Shown: positions 1 to 9,092, counted from the stretch's first letter. The stretch is DNA of 60,809 nt from Minisyncoccota bacterium (GCA_017991515.1 JAGOQI010000004.1:1-60809), one strand, 5' to 3'. The notes: generated by a model from the letters alone, not told the origin. Numbers and translations are program-made.

Positions 1-95
1 TCAGGTTTTGGTATAGAAAAAAATATAGCACCTACGGCTACTACAAAAATCAAAAATATTAGAAGTTTCTTTAACACTTAGTTATTATAACAAAA

Positions 96-860
96 TTATT
101 TTGTTAATATTTCTGCTCCATCTTCGGTAATCAAAACCGTGTGTTCAAAATGGGCACTGCGAGAGCCATCGGTAGTTTTAAGAGTATAACCGTCACGCAT
201 CGTGACTATATCTTCAGAACCACGAGTCAGCATTGGTTCTATAGCTATGACCATTCCTGGTAGGAGTTTTGCTCCTCTGCCTGGTCGGCCATAGTTTGGC
301 ACATAAGGATCTTCATGAATAGCCCTGCCTACTCCATGCCCTGACAGAGTACGCACAATACCGAGTTTATAAGGCTTTACAAAGCTTTCTATCGCATATC
401 CGATGTCACCCACAGTAGCACCTGGGACAATGGCTTCTATGCCCTTATAGAGCGCCTGCTCGGTAACTGCCATAAGTTCTTTATCCTTAGGGGTAATTAT
501 TCCTCCGACAGGGACAGTGATGGCATGATCCAAGAAAACTCCTTCGTAGTTAAGCCCTAAATCAAGAGCAATAATATCACCCTCTTTAAGTACATATTTT
601 CCAGGTATTCCGTGAACAACTTCAGCATTTACTGAGGTAATAAGAGAAGCTGGATAAGGAGCATCTGCCCCTTCTGGTTTGTAACCTAAAAATGCTGGTT
701 TATGTCCTGCTTCAGTAATAAGTTTGTGTGCATAATCATCGAGCTCTTTGGTTGTTATCCCTGGTGCAACTTTTTTTGAAACTTTACGCAAAATATCAGC
801 GAGTATCGGACCTCCCCTTCTTAGTCTTTCTATTTCACTTTCTGTTTTTATAATAATCAT
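96..860 (-). CDS. map: type I methionine aminopeptidase
   Basis: 254-aa ORF with MetAP signatures (DIIALDLG, SGHGVGRAIHEDP, AIEPM, SAHFEHTV); last gene of the secY-adk-map tail of the spc-type operon. Confidence 0.95.
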   Translation of the reverse strand: MIIIKTESEIERLRRGGPILADILRKVSKKVAPGITTKELDDYAHKLITEAGHKPAFLGYKPEGADAPYPASLITSVNAEVVHGIPGKYVLKEGDIIALDLGLNYEGVFLDHAITVPVGGIITPKDKELMAVTEQALYKGIEAIVPGATVGDIGYAIESFVKPYKLGIVRTLSGHGVGRAIHEDPYVPNYGRPGRGAKLLPGMVIAIEPMLTRGSEDIVTMRDGYTLKTTDGSRSAHFEHTVLITEDGAEILTK

Positions 861-862
861 GT

Positions 863-892
863 AAGTTATAAAGTTTTTAAAGTTATAAAGTT
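863..892 (-). promoter_or_regulatory. array of AACTTTA heptads (3 full copies plus a partial one, minus-strand reading) ending 3 nt before the map ATG
   Basis: minus strand reads gAACTTTAtAACTTTAaaAACTTTAtAACTTacATG; a near-identical array precedes clpP at 50758-50784. Confidence 0.4.
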
Positions 893-921
893 CATAAAGA
901 TAAAATAATTTCTTATAGCGA

Positions 922-1027
922 GCACAAAATATAATGAATACTTTTGTGTTGTGAGCGTGACTGACGCGAACATCAGGTCAATTTTTAGCAAAAAATTACC
1001 GACAAAAGTATTCATTATACTTTGTGC
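922..1027. repeat. long inverted repeat, 26-bp arms (922-947 / 1002-1027, one mismatch) around a 54-nt loop
   Basis: gcacaaaatataatgaatacttttgt ... acaaaagtattcattatactttgtgc; right arm ends 9 nt from the adk stop codon. Confidence 0.85.
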
Positions 1028-1035
1028 GAGCGTCC

Positions 1036-1629
1036 TCATTCTAATCCAAGTTCTTCACAAATATCTCTATGAACACATTCTATAGTTTGCTCTCCTGAAA
1101 CGCTATGATAAACAACTCTTGGAGATTGTTTAAGGAGTTCTATAGCAGGTATTACTGACTCATGAAACCACTGTATTCTGCCCCAAACATCATTTTCATC
1201 TTTATCATCTTCTCTTCCTCTAGCCTTAAGCCTATCATAAGACCATTCATCACTAACATCAATATTAATAACATGTGGATGCCAATCAAAAAAATCAAAA
1301 GTTGAGCAAAGAGCTGGTACTTCGTCACAGATACGAGGAGTTCCATCAATGAAGACATGCTGATTTCCATTATATTTTTCTATTATCGAATGGCTCCATG
1401 CATGAACGCCCAAGAAAGACGGAGGTAGCTTACCTTGATCTATCATTTGTTTTGTTAGCTTACCTGTATATGTTGGACTTTTTATAAGTTCACGAAAGAT
1501 TTTCCCCGTCTCAAGATCAAACATTGAAGCTTCTGGATCGAGAGATTGTATTTTCTTTTTTAGAAGATCTACTTGGGTTCCTTTACCAGAGCCTGACTGA
1601 CCGATAAAGATATAAACTCCTTTATTCAT
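1036..1629 (-). CDS. adk: adenylate kinase (short-LID form)
   Basis: P-loop GQSGSGKGTQ, ETGKIFRE, FIDGTPR, RLKARGREDD; canonical position between secY and map. Confidence 0.85.
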   Translation of the reverse strand: MNKGVYIFIGQSGSGKGTQVDLLKKKIQSLDPEASMFDLETGKIFRELIKSPTYTGKLTKQMIDQGKLPPSFLGVHAWSHSIIEKYNGNQHVFIDGTPRICDEVPALCSTFDFFDWHPHVINIDVSDEWSYDRLKARGREDDKDENDVWGRIQWFHESVIPAIELLKQSPRVVYHSVSGEQTIECVHRDICEELGLE

Positions 1630-1647
1630 TTTTAGATTATATCACTT

Positions 1648-2916
1648 TTATTCGTGAAGAGAGATTTGAGCGTCAACTTTTCTAATCAAATCAATAAGAA
1701 CAGAAACTACGATAAGAAGAGATGTTCCTCCAATAGCAAAAGAAGTAATACCTGTAGCTGACTGAATTATGTGAGGCAGAACCGCAACTGCACCAAGGAA
1801 TACTGAACCAACAAGTGTGATTCTAGTTACAATAGTAGAGATGTAGTTTGTGGTTGCATCTCCTGGTCTAATACCTGGGACAAAAGCTCCATTTTTTTGT
1901 AAATTTGTAGCTATTTGTTTTGGATCAAAAGTAACTGCGGTATAAAAATATGTAAAGAATACAACTAACAAAAAGTAGACTGACGAATAAAGTGCTTGAT
2001 GAGAAAGAAAATATTGAAGTCCAGAACCAATACTTTGAAGTATTGCACGAGAAGAATTAGCAAATACTCCTACAAGAAATTGTGGGAAAAGAAGCAAAGA
2101 AGAAGCAAAGATAATTGGCATTACACCTGCTTGAGCCAAACGAAGTGGTAAATAAGTACTATTACCATTTAAAACCCTGATACCGCGAACAGCTCGCGCA
2201 TATGTAACAGGTACAGGTCGCTCTGCTTCATAAATATAAATAATCCCAGCAATAACAAGTATTGCTATAGCAATATAAAGAAGCAGAAGAGGTATTTGGT
2301 CTACTGTAAAAGTAAAGAAGAATTGAGCTACTTTACTTGGCATAGTAGCTAAAATACCGGCCATAATAAGTATAGAAACACCACTACCAACTCCAAATTC
2401 ATTGATAAGTTCCCCTATCCAAAGAAGTAACATAGATCCTCCAACAATAATTATGATGTTGGTTATAAGAGCATTTAAAGATAATGCGTCGATAGCACCT
2501 TGAGACTGGAGATATTTGATAAAACTAAAAGCCTGGAGAACAGCAAGAGGAACAGTCAAAAGTCGAACATATTGGTTGAACTTCTTTCTACCTGCTTCAC
2601 CACTCTCTTGCATTAACTCCTTAAGCCTAGGAGCCATCATAGATAAAAGTTGCATGATAATAGAAGCTGTAATATAAGGACCGATACCAAGCATTATTAT
2701 TGAAAAGCTTGAAAGACCTCCACCAGAGAGAGCGTTGAATACTCCAAAGAATTGATTGCCTTCTAAAAACTGATTGATTCTAAGTGTATCTACACCAGGA
2801 ACAGGAACAGATGCTAAAAGCCTAAATATAAATAAAGCACCGATAAGAAAGAGCACTCTATTTCGAAGCGATCTGTCTGTAAAAAGTGTTTTTAGTTTAT
2901 TTAGAAATGAATTCAT
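1648..2916 (-). CDS. secY: preprotein translocase subunit SecY
   Basis: 422-aa polytopic membrane ORF directly downstream of rplO; SecY-like N-terminus (LRNRVLFLIGALFIFRL..VPVPGV) and C-terminal region. Confidence 0.95.
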   Translation of the reverse strand: MNSFLNKLKTLFTDRSLRNRVLFLIGALFIFRLLASVPVPGVDTLRINQFLEGNQFFGVFNALSGGGLSSFSIIMLGIGPYITASIIMQLLSMMAPRLKELMQESGEAGRKKFNQYVRLLTVPLAVLQAFSFIKYLQSQGAIDALSLNALITNIIIIVGGSMLLLWIGELINEFGVGSGVSILIMAGILATMPSKVAQFFFTFTVDQIPLLLLYIAIAILVIAGIIYIYEAERPVPVTYARAVRGIRVLNGNSTYLPLRLAQAGVMPIIFASSLLLFPQFLVGVFANSSRAILQSIGSGLQYFLSHQALYSSVYFLLVVFFTYFYTAVTFDPKQIATNLQKNGAFVPGIRPGDATTNYISTIVTRITLVGSVFLGAVAVLPHIIQSATGITSFAIGGTSLLIVVSVLIDLIRKVDAQISLHE

Positions 2917-2924
2917 CTTGTTTT

Positions 2925-3371
2925 TTAAGCAGTACCGTTAACTTTTCCTCCTGCTTTTTCTATTTTTGTTTTTGCTGTATCTGAAGCAATACAATCAAAG
3001 ATTTCTAGTTTTTTTGTAAGCTCTCCAGTTGCAAGAATTTTTACTTGAGGAAGAACTCCTTTTGTTCTTGTGATAAGACCTTTTGTAAAGAGTGTTGATG
3101 GAGTAACAGCGTCCCCTGCATTAAAGTTTTTCTCTAAGACTGAAAGATTAACAACAGCAGGTCTTATAGCGAAAGCTTTGTTCATATTCTTTCCTCGTCC
3201 ACGAAGTTTTGGATACTTTTTAATAATATCACGAATATGTGGGCGAATTTTATGACCAGCTCTAGCTTTTTGACCCTTTGTTCCTCGTCCAGCAGTTTTA
3301 CCTCTAGTACCTCCACGGCCTACTAGTTTTGCTTTTTTATTTTTTGTTGTTCTTTTTAATTTATTAAGCAT
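2925..3371 (-). CDS. rplO: 50S ribosomal protein L15
   Basis: Gly/Arg/Lys-rich N-terminus GRGGTRGKTAGRGTKGQKARAG; operon position. Confidence 0.95.
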   Translation of the reverse strand: MLNKLKRTTKNKKAKLVGRGGTRGKTAGRGTKGQKARAGHKIRPHIRDIIKKYPKLRGRGKNMNKAFAIRPAVVNLSVLEKNFNAGDAVTPSTLFTKGLITRTKGVLPQVKILATGELTKKLEIFDCIASDTAKTKIEKAGGKVNGTA

Positions 3372-3378
3372 GATATTA

Positions 3379-3972
3379 CTATTTATTTTCAGAATTAACT
3401 TCTGGTGCTACTTCTACTTTTGGAGTATTAAAAGAATGTTTTTTAGAAATAGGACGAAGTGCTTTGATAACTGCTTTAGCTGTATTAAGCTTGTTTTTAC
3501 TTCCAGAGAGAACCTTACTAGTTACATCACGGATACCGGCAATAACCAAAATATCTCGAACTGCTGCTCCTGCCACAAGACCTTTACCTTTGTTTGGAAA
3601 AAGGATAACTTCACTTGAACAATATTTTGCACCTACATCCATAGGGATAGACTGTGTATCTGTTTTCTTGATCTTTATAGCATTTCTCTTTGCTGACTTA
3701 AGAGCTTTGGCAATAGCTAATGCTGTATCTCCTCCTTTTCCAGTACCAACTCCAACAACACCACTCTTATCTCCAATAACCATAGAAACAGCAAAACTCA
3801 TACGACGACCTCCAGCTACCACACGAGTAACTCGTCTAATATCTAAAATCTTTTGATCAACATCTTTAACTCTATCAGCGAAGCTTTTTCCTCCTGCATG
3901 TCTAGGTTGACGCCCTCCTGCTAATAAAGGTCGTGGGAAAGATGAATTTGTTGTTGGTTTTTTATCAGTCAT
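3379..3972 (-). CDS. rpsE: 30S ribosomal protein S5 (with N-terminal extension)
   Basis: RVTRVVAGGRRMSF, GVGTGKGGD, AIKALR motifs; position between rplR and rplO with only 7 nt to rplO (no rpmD). Confidence 0.95.
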   Translation of the reverse strand: MTDKKPTTNSSFPRPLLAGGRQPRHAGGKSFADRVKDVDQKILDIRRVTRVVAGGRRMSFAVSMVIGDKSGVVGVGTGKGGDTALAIAKALKSAKRNAIKIKKTDTQSIPMDVGAKYCSSEVILFPNKGKGLVAGAAVRDILVIAGIRDVTSKVLSGSKNKLNTAKAVIKALRPISKKHSFNTPKVEVAPEVNSENK

Positions 3973-3983
3973 AATTATTTTTA

Positions 3984-4331
3984 TTAAAATTGTAGTCCTG
4001 CCTCTCTAGCTGCATCAGCCAAAGCTTTTATTCGACCAGCGTACTTGAAACCATTTCGGTCAAAAACTACTGCTTTAATACCTTTTGCTTGAGCTAACTT
4101 AGCAACTTCCTGCCCTACTGAAATAGCTCCTTGCATCTTAGTTTCCTTTTTTCTGTTCATATCATTTGATGCTACTAGTGTAACTTGTGCAACATCATCA
4201 ATAAGTTGAGCGTATGAAAAATTGTTCGAACGAAACACACTCATCCGAGGACGATCTGCAGTACCAGAGATAAGCTTACGAACTTTTCGCTTAATTCTCA
4301 TTTTCTTTTCTTGTGTGTTTTGTCGTGACAT
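3984..4331 (-). CDS. rplR: 50S ribosomal protein L18
   Basis: [18 protein letters not shown] ... [28 protein letters not shown]. Confidence 0.95.
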   Translation of the reverse strand: MSRQNTQEKKMRIKRKVRKLISGTADRPRMSVFRSNNFSYAQLIDDVAQVTLVASNDMNRKKETKMQGAISVGQEVAKLAQAKGIKAVVFDRNGFKYAGRIKALADAAREAGLQF

Positions 4332-4345
4332 ATATTTAAAAATTA

Positions 4346-4879
4346 TTACGCAGTTTTCTTACCTGCTTTTCGACGAATAACTTCATCGTGATATCGGAAA
4401 CCTTTACCTTTATAAGGTTCTGGTTTCTTAAGTGCTCGGACCTTAGCAGTGAAGGCTCCAACTGATTCTTTGTTTATACCTGTAACAGTAAGGTTATTTT
4501 TCTCAGCTGTAACAGTAAGCTCTTCTGGGATTGATACTACCACAGGGTGAGAAAATCCTAGAGCAAGATGAAGGTCTGTTCCTTTAACATCGCTTTTGAA
4601 ACCAACTCCTTCAAGGATAAGTTTCTTCACAAAAGGAGTATTTACACCTGCTAGCATGTTCTTTACATGAGAGGCATATGTTCCCCAAAGTGCTCGAGAG
4701 AAAGGATCATCCTTCTTTGGCGCAAAAGAGATAACATTGTTCTCAATAGTGATAGCAATAGTATCCGTAAAATCTTTAGAAAGAGTTCCAAGTGGACCTT
4801 TCACAGTAAAAACTCCTCCAGTATATTCTACTGTTGTGTTTGCTGGTATTTCTAGTTGTTGTTTTCCTACTCGGCTCAT
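4346..4879 (-). CDS. rplF: 50S ribosomal protein L6
   Basis: MSRVGKQ..., two-domain L6 pattern, [13 protein letters not shown] near the C-terminus. Confidence 0.95.
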   Translation of the reverse strand: MSRVGKQQLEIPANTTVEYTGGVFTVKGPLGTLSKDFTDTIAITIENNVISFAPKKDDPFSRALWGTYASHVKNMLAGVNTPFVKKLILEGVGFKSDVKGTDLHLALGFSHPVVVSIPEELTVTAEKNNLTVTGINKESVGAFTAKVRALKKPEPYKGKGFRYHDEVIRRKAGKKTA

Positions 4880-4891
4880 AATAATAACTCT

Positions 4892-5281
4892 TTACCAAAT
4901 CATAAATAATGCTTCACCACCGACCTGTTCTTTGTGGGCTTGCTTGTTACTCAAAATCCCTTTTGGAGTTGAGAACACTGTGATACCTCTATTGTTTTTC
5001 ACAATGTGAATATCACGAACTCCCATATATACACGACGAGAAGGCTTTGAGATTCGCTTTACATCAGAGATTTTTGAAATACCAGAAGGATAAGCAAGTT
5101 CTATTTCAATAACAGGGACATTGTTCTTTTCTGTTTTCTTTGAATAACTTTCAATAAAACCATGATCTTTCAAACATTGTGCAATAGACATTTTAACTGC
5201 AGAAAAAGGAACAGTAACTGATTTCTTTGAAATCATTGCACCATTTTTCATTGTTATTATCATGTTAGATATTTGATCCAT
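4892..5281 (-). CDS. rpsH: 30S ribosomal protein S8
   Basis: D.ISNMIT..KNG, ISKPSRRVY, GITVFSTPKGILS..A....VGGE. Confidence 0.95.
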   Translation of the reverse strand: MDQISNMIITMKNGAMISKKSVTVPFSAVKMSIAQCLKDHGFIESYSKKTEKNNVPVIEIELAYPSGISKISDVKRISKPSRRVYMGVRDIHIVKNNRGITVFSTPKGILSNKQAHKEQVGGEALFMIW

Positions 5282-5297
5282 ATATTTTTACTGTGAA

Positions 5298-5483
5298 TTA
5301 CCAAGAACTCTTTCTGATACCTGGGATCATTCCTTCATTTGCGTATTCACGGAAGCAAATACGGCAAAGACCGAAGTCACGCATGAAGCCATGTGCTCGA
5401 CCACAACGGAAACAGCGGTTAACCGCTCGTGTACTATATTTTGGCGTCTTTTTTGAACGCGCGATAACTGATGTTTTAGCCAT
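5298..5483 (-). CDS. rpsZ: 30S ribosomal protein S14, zinc-binding type Z
   Basis: 61 aa with CxxC..CxxC ([20 protein letters not shown]) and a C-terminal KSSW. Confidence 0.95.
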   Translation of the reverse strand: MAKTSVIARSKKTPKYSTRAVNRCFRCGRAHGFMRDFGLCRICFREYANEGMIPGIRKSSW

Positions 5484-5602
5484 ATTTTGTAAACCCTAAG
5501 AAATATCGCCTCTGGATGTCTGTATCATCACTTTTGTGTAGGCACAGAGATAAAGAGGGATTTCAAAGGAGTGGGCTTATCTTAACAGAAAGTAACTATT
5601 TG

Positions 5603-5638
5603 GTCAACCTCCTCACCTGTTTGGTGGGGAGGTCCAAT
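5603..5638. repeat. REP-like hairpin, copy 1 (CCTCCTCAC-N7-GTGGGGAGG)
   Basis: arms 5608-5616 / 5624-5632 flanked by gtcaa and tccaat; one of five copies in the window. Confidence 0.8.
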
Positions 5639-5662
5639 AAAAAACCCTCTCTTTCGAAAGGG
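5636..5662 (-). terminator. rho-independent terminator of the 5674-6300 gene
   Basis: minus strand CCCTTTC-GAAA-GAGAGGG followed by TTTTTTATT. Confidence 0.7.
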
Positions 5663-5673
5663 CTTTACTTACT

Positions 5674-6300
5674 CTAGTTAACAATTTCTTTAATAAGTGC
5701 CTGATTTTTACTAAACAATTTTTTAAGGCTAATAATATTAGCCTCTAAAGGTGTCCCCTTTTGTAAACCTATAAAATTTTTTCTTATGAAATCTTCAAGG
5801 TTACAGACAATGAGATACATTTTAATTTTTTCATCTTCAGCAAGATTGCTGTTTGAAAAACTTTTTAACTTCTCTACTTCTGATAAAACAATTTTCTCCA
5901 TATACTTTATCAACTGAGGATTTTTATCCTTTATAAAGTTCCATATTTCCTGATCTATCTTATTATTAATTTCAAAACAATTAAAAATATTGAAAAGATC
6001 TTTAAAGTTTAAGGATTTTTCTATATGAGCAGTTATTGATTCAATATAGAAAACTTGTATTTTATCTTTGTACTGGAAGCTTCCATAGACTACCTTATCT
6101 ATGTAATTAATCGCATTCCTAGCCGAAACAAAGTTAAAAGTTTTTGCTTCACTCTTTTTTGTATCAATAGTTTGTTCAAAATATTTAGTACGGTAATTAT
6201 TTTTTTTCTTTCTTTCTCTTCGAAAAAGAAATAATAAGACAAGTGAAAAAAGAACTGCTAGAAATAAAGCGCTGGGTAAAAGGTCAATGTTTTTAAACAT
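5674..6300 (-). CDS. hypothetical membrane-anchored protein (orphan) inserted in the spc operon
   Basis: 208-aa ORF with an N-terminal TM helix, then a basic stretch and a K/E/N-rich soluble part; no motif recognised; has its own terminator. Confidence 0.6.
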   Translation of the reverse strand: MFKNIDLLPSALFLAVLFSLVLLFLFRRERKKKNNYRTKYFEQTIDTKKSEAKTFNFVSARNAINYIDKVVYGSFQYKDKIQVFYIESITAHIEKSLNFKDLFNIFNCFEINNKIDQEIWNFIKDKNPQLIKYMEKIVLSEVEKLKSFSNSNLAEDEKIKMYLIVCNLEDFIRKNFIGLQKGTPLEANIISLKKLFSKNQALIKEIVN

Positions 6301-6346
6301 GGGCTTAAGTTTTCTTTATACACTACATTTAAAACATAAAAAGTCA

Positions 6347-6372
6347 ATAAAAAACTCTGCTAACGCAGAGTT
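6347..6372 (-). terminator. rho-independent terminator of the 6383-7033 gene
   Basis: minus strand ACTCTGCGTTAGCAGAGT followed by a T-run. Confidence 0.7.
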
Positions 6373-6382
6373 TAAACATTTA

Positions 6383-7033
6383 CTAGTATTTAAATACAAT
6401 ATGGTAAAAAGCTAATAAGCTATAAACCATGTGCAAACAAAATACAAGATACACATTTTTATATTTTTGGAACATAAACGAAAAAGCAATAGCTCCTGGA
6501 GCAACAAAAGCCATTACGGCAAGCGGCCTAGCGAAAATACTATGCATCCATATAAAAAGTATGGTTACCAAAGTAGTAATGATTATAGTAGCACTTTTAC
6601 CTTTAAAAATTTCATGACCAACCTTAGATAAAAAACTTTGGTACATAAAATCTTGAGCTACAACATAAAATAAAGACCATTTAACTACTCTAATCCAATC
6701 TGCTTTTGCTATATTTATTGTTTCAGTAAAACCCAAAATATTAGCATAAGGACCAGCAAATAATAATCCTAAAATACATAATCCTAAAGTAAGACCAACA
6801 CCCTTTGTGGGATTTTCAGGATTAAAACCAATATCACGCAAATTCCATTTCTTTGTTAACAATAATAATACTGTGATAATAAAAACAAAAGCCAAAGTTC
6901 CATTTATGAGATATTCATTTTGGAACTTAGAATCTAATATTTTATTACTACCTATTGCTACCGGAACAGTTGGAACAAAAAGAAATATTGGTAAAAATAC
7001 CGTAAGACGTTTAGATAAATTTATTTTTTTCAT
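6383..7033 (-). CDS. polytopic membrane protein, possibly a degenerate CPBP (CAAX-protease-like) family member
   Basis: 216 aa with about 6 TM segments; FIWMHSIF and CLHMVYSLL resemble CPBP motifs 2 and 3, but the EExxxR motif is replaced (AQDFMYQ). Confidence 0.4.
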   Translation of the reverse strand: MKKINLSKRLTVFLPIFLFVPTVPVAIGSNKILDSKFQNEYLINGTLAFVFIITVLLLLTKKWNLRDIGFNPENPTKGVGLTLGLCILGLLFAGPYANILGFTETINIAKADWIRVVKWSLFYVVAQDFMYQSFLSKVGHEIFKGKSATIIITTLVTILFIWMHSIFARPLAVMAFVAPGAIAFSFMFQKYKNVYLVFCLHMVYSLLAFYHIVFKY

Positions 7034-7070
7034 GTGCAGTAAGTTTTCTTTAATATTACTCCCGCTGTGA

Positions 7071-7101
7071 GAAAAAGAAAAGCCCTTACTTTGTAAGGGC
7101 T
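7071..7101 (-). terminator. rho-independent terminator after rplE
   Basis: minus strand AGCCCTTAC-AAA-GTAAGGGCT followed by TTTCTTTTTC. Confidence 0.75.
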
Positions 7102-7114
7102 TTTCTAGTATTTT

Positions 7115-7657
7115 TTAAAGGTCTTTTTTGAAAGGAATACCAATGTGAGTGAAGAAAGCTAGAGCTTCTTCTTTTGTCTTAGCGGTTGTACCGATTGTGA
7201 TAGCCATACCGAAAACATCTCGTAGGTCTTCGTCTGAACACTCTGGGAAGATAGTATGTTCTTTAATACCCATAGTCATATTACCAATAGCGTCTACAGA
7301 GCCAGGATTGATACCACGGAAGTCTTTTGTTCGAGGAAGAGCAATGTTGATAAGCTTGTCCATAAAGTGGTACATACGAGCTCCACGGAGAGTTACCATG
7401 AGGCCTACTGGATCTCCTTCTCGAGATTTGAAACCAGCTACTGACTTCTTGGCTGCACGAAGTGAAGGCTTTTGACCTGTTATCTTTGCTAGTCTATCAG
7501 AAACAAGATTATTTCTTTCTCTATCTTTTTTCATGTCAGAACCTGTTCCAACAGAAATACTTATTTTAGTAAGGTGAGGAGCAGAAACAGCATTTTTGTA
7601 TCCAAATTCTTTTAATGCTTTTGCTGTATTTAATTCTTTTTCTTTAACGATTTTCAT
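7115..7657 (-). CDS. rplE: 50S ribosomal protein L5
   Basis: 180-aa ORF; ISISVGTG, FRGINP, NMTMGIKEHTIFPE. Confidence 0.95.
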   Translation of the reverse strand: MKIVKEKELNTAKALKEFGYKNAVSAPHLTKISISVGTGSDMKKDRERNNLVSDRLAKITGQKPSLRAAKKSVAGFKSREGDPVGLMVTLRGARMYHFMDKLINIALPRTKDFRGINPGSVDAIGNMTMGIKEHTIFPECSDEDLRDVFGMAITIGTTAKTKEEALAFFTHIGIPFKKDL

Positions 7658-7658
7658 A

Positions 7659-7967
7659 TTATTTCAACTCTTGTCCGCTCTTTTTAGCAATGCGAACATT
7701 CTTATCTCCTATTTTTTTCTTGCCAATACGAGTAGCTTTGCCAGTCTTTGGGTCTACTACCATAACATTTGAGGCATTGATAGAAGCTTCTATTTCTATC
7801 ATAGAACCTTTTGTATCTTTACTCTTTGCCTTTAAATGTTTCTTAACTTTATTAACACCAGAAACAAGCAATCTGTTTGTCTCAGAGATTACTTTTGTAA
7901 CCTGGCCTTTCTCGCCTTTGTTCTTTCCTGCTATTACTATTATATTGTCTCCTTTTTTGATTTTCAT
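7659..7967 (-). CDS. rplX: 50S ribosomal protein L24
   Basis: MKIKKGDNIIVIAGKNKGEKGQV (KOW motif). Start moved to the ATG at 7967, because the longer ORF would overlap the rplN stop. Confidence 0.9.
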   Translation of the reverse strand: MKIKKGDNIIVIAGKNKGEKGQVTKVISETNRLLVSGVNKVKKHLKAKSKDTKGSMIEIEASINASNVMVVDPKTGKATRIGKKKIGDKNVRIAKKSGQELK

Positions 7968-7977
7968 ATTATAAAAA

Positions 7978-8349
7978 TTATAGTACCTCTGGTGCAAGAG
8001 AAGCTATTTTCTGATAACCAAGCTCTGCTATCTCTCTTGGAATAGGACCGAAAATACGACCTGCTTTTGGCTCTTTCTTTCCTTTTTCAAGAATAACAAC
8101 AGCGTTATCATCAAAACGGATATAAGAACCATCCTTTCTTCGGAAAGATTTCTTTTGTCTTACAACTACAGCATAGCAAACATCTTTTTTCTTTATAGCT
8201 TTTCGTGGTTCTGCTTTTTTGATAGAAAGTACCACAACATCTCCGATACCTGCATATCGTCTTTTTGAACCTCCAAGAACTTTGAAGATTTTACCTACAG
8301 TTCCTCCAGCATTATCTGTGATTTTTACGATTGATCCATCTTGTAACAT
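7978..8349 (-). CDS. rplN: 50S ribosomal protein L14
   Basis: MLQDGSIVKITDNAGG ... RIFGPIPREI. Confidence 0.95.
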   Translation of the reverse strand: MLQDGSIVKITDNAGGTVGKIFKVLGGSKRRYAGIGDVVVLSIKKAEPRKAIKKKDVCYAVVVRQKKSFRRKDGSYIRFDDNAVVILEKGKKEPKAGRIFGPIPREIAELGYQKIASLAPEVL

Positions 8350-8353
8350 AAGC

Positions 8354-8599
8354 CTATTTGTTTACCACACTAAAGTGTTTATCTTTTGAAATTGGACGAG
8401 TCTCGACTATCTCTACAGCGTCCCCTACCTTACTTGCATTAGTCTCATCATGAGCCTTGTACTTTTTAGTTATTTTAAGAAACTTCTTGTACTTTGGGTG
8501 TATTACAAACCTAGTCACAGCAACAACAACTGTCTTATCCATTTTGTCGGATACAACAAGTCCTTTGATTGTTTTCTTTTGTGTTGTTGGTGTTTTCAT
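8354..8599 (-). CDS. rpsQ: 30S ribosomal protein S17
   Basis: [17 protein letters not shown]....HPKY.K......KY.AHDE. Confidence 0.95.
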   Translation of the reverse strand: MKTPTTQKKTIKGLVVSDKMDKTVVVAVTRFVIHPKYKKFLKITKKYKAHDETNASKVGDAVEIVETRPISKDKHFSVVNK

Positions 8600-8652
8600 A
8601 ATAATTGTTCTTAGTGAGTATATACTACTGTTTTTTTCTAAAATGTCTACTT

Positions 8653-9072
8653 TTATAGATCTCTAGTAATTACTCTTGTCTTTACTGGTAGCTTTGTCCC
8701 TGCTTTTCGAAGTGCTTCTCGTGCAACAACTTCTGTAACTCCGTCTACTTCAAACAAAACTCTTCCAGGTAAAACTTCTATAGAATAACCCTTAAGCTCT
8801 CCTTTTCCTCCTCCCATCGGTACTTCTGCTGGTTTACTTGTTATAGGTCTGTCAGGAAAAACTCTAATCCACATCTTTCCTACTTTTGTAAGATGTCTTG
8901 AAGCTGCCTTTCTAGCTGCTTCGAGTTGGTTAGAGGTAAGTCTTCCTAATTGTTCAGTTTTCAAGCCGAAAGATCCAAAAGATAATTCTGTACCACGAGT
9001 TTCTACGCGAGAACTCATGTCAGTTCTTTTCTTGTGCCACTTTCTAAATTTTACTTTTTTCGGGAATAACAT
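8653..9072 (-). CDS. rplP: 50S ribosomal protein L16
   Basis: [14 protein letters not shown] ... MGGGKGE. Confidence 0.95.
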   Translation of the reverse strand: MLFPKKVKFRKWHKKRTDMSSRVETRGTELSFGSFGLKTEQLGRLTSNQLEAARKAASRHLTKVGKMWIRVFPDRPITSKPAEVPMGGGKGELKGYSIEVLPGRVLFEVDGVTEVVAREALRKAGTKLPVKTRVITRDL

Positions 9073-9092
9073 AATAATTTTTTAAACTTGTT

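Noticed and set aside
1-77. Possible 5-prime end of a minus-strand gene running off the left edge (GTG at 77-75, hydrophobic VLKKLLIFLIFVVAVGAIFFSIPKP)
   Set aside because: Only about 25 codons are visible, the start codon is non-ATG, and there is no motif. This is too little to call a CDS.
3464-3856. Long antisense or alternative-frame ORFs inside highly conserved genes. Examples: 3464-3856, 7149-7475, 13564-13794, 20307-20936, 30528-31112, 38894-39346, 51529-52218, 58348-58707
   Set aside because: They overlap genes with unambiguous conserved products on the other strand or frame. They have low-complexity or Ser/Leu/Phe-rich composition typical of shadow ORFs in AT-rich DNA, and they lack promoter or terminator context.
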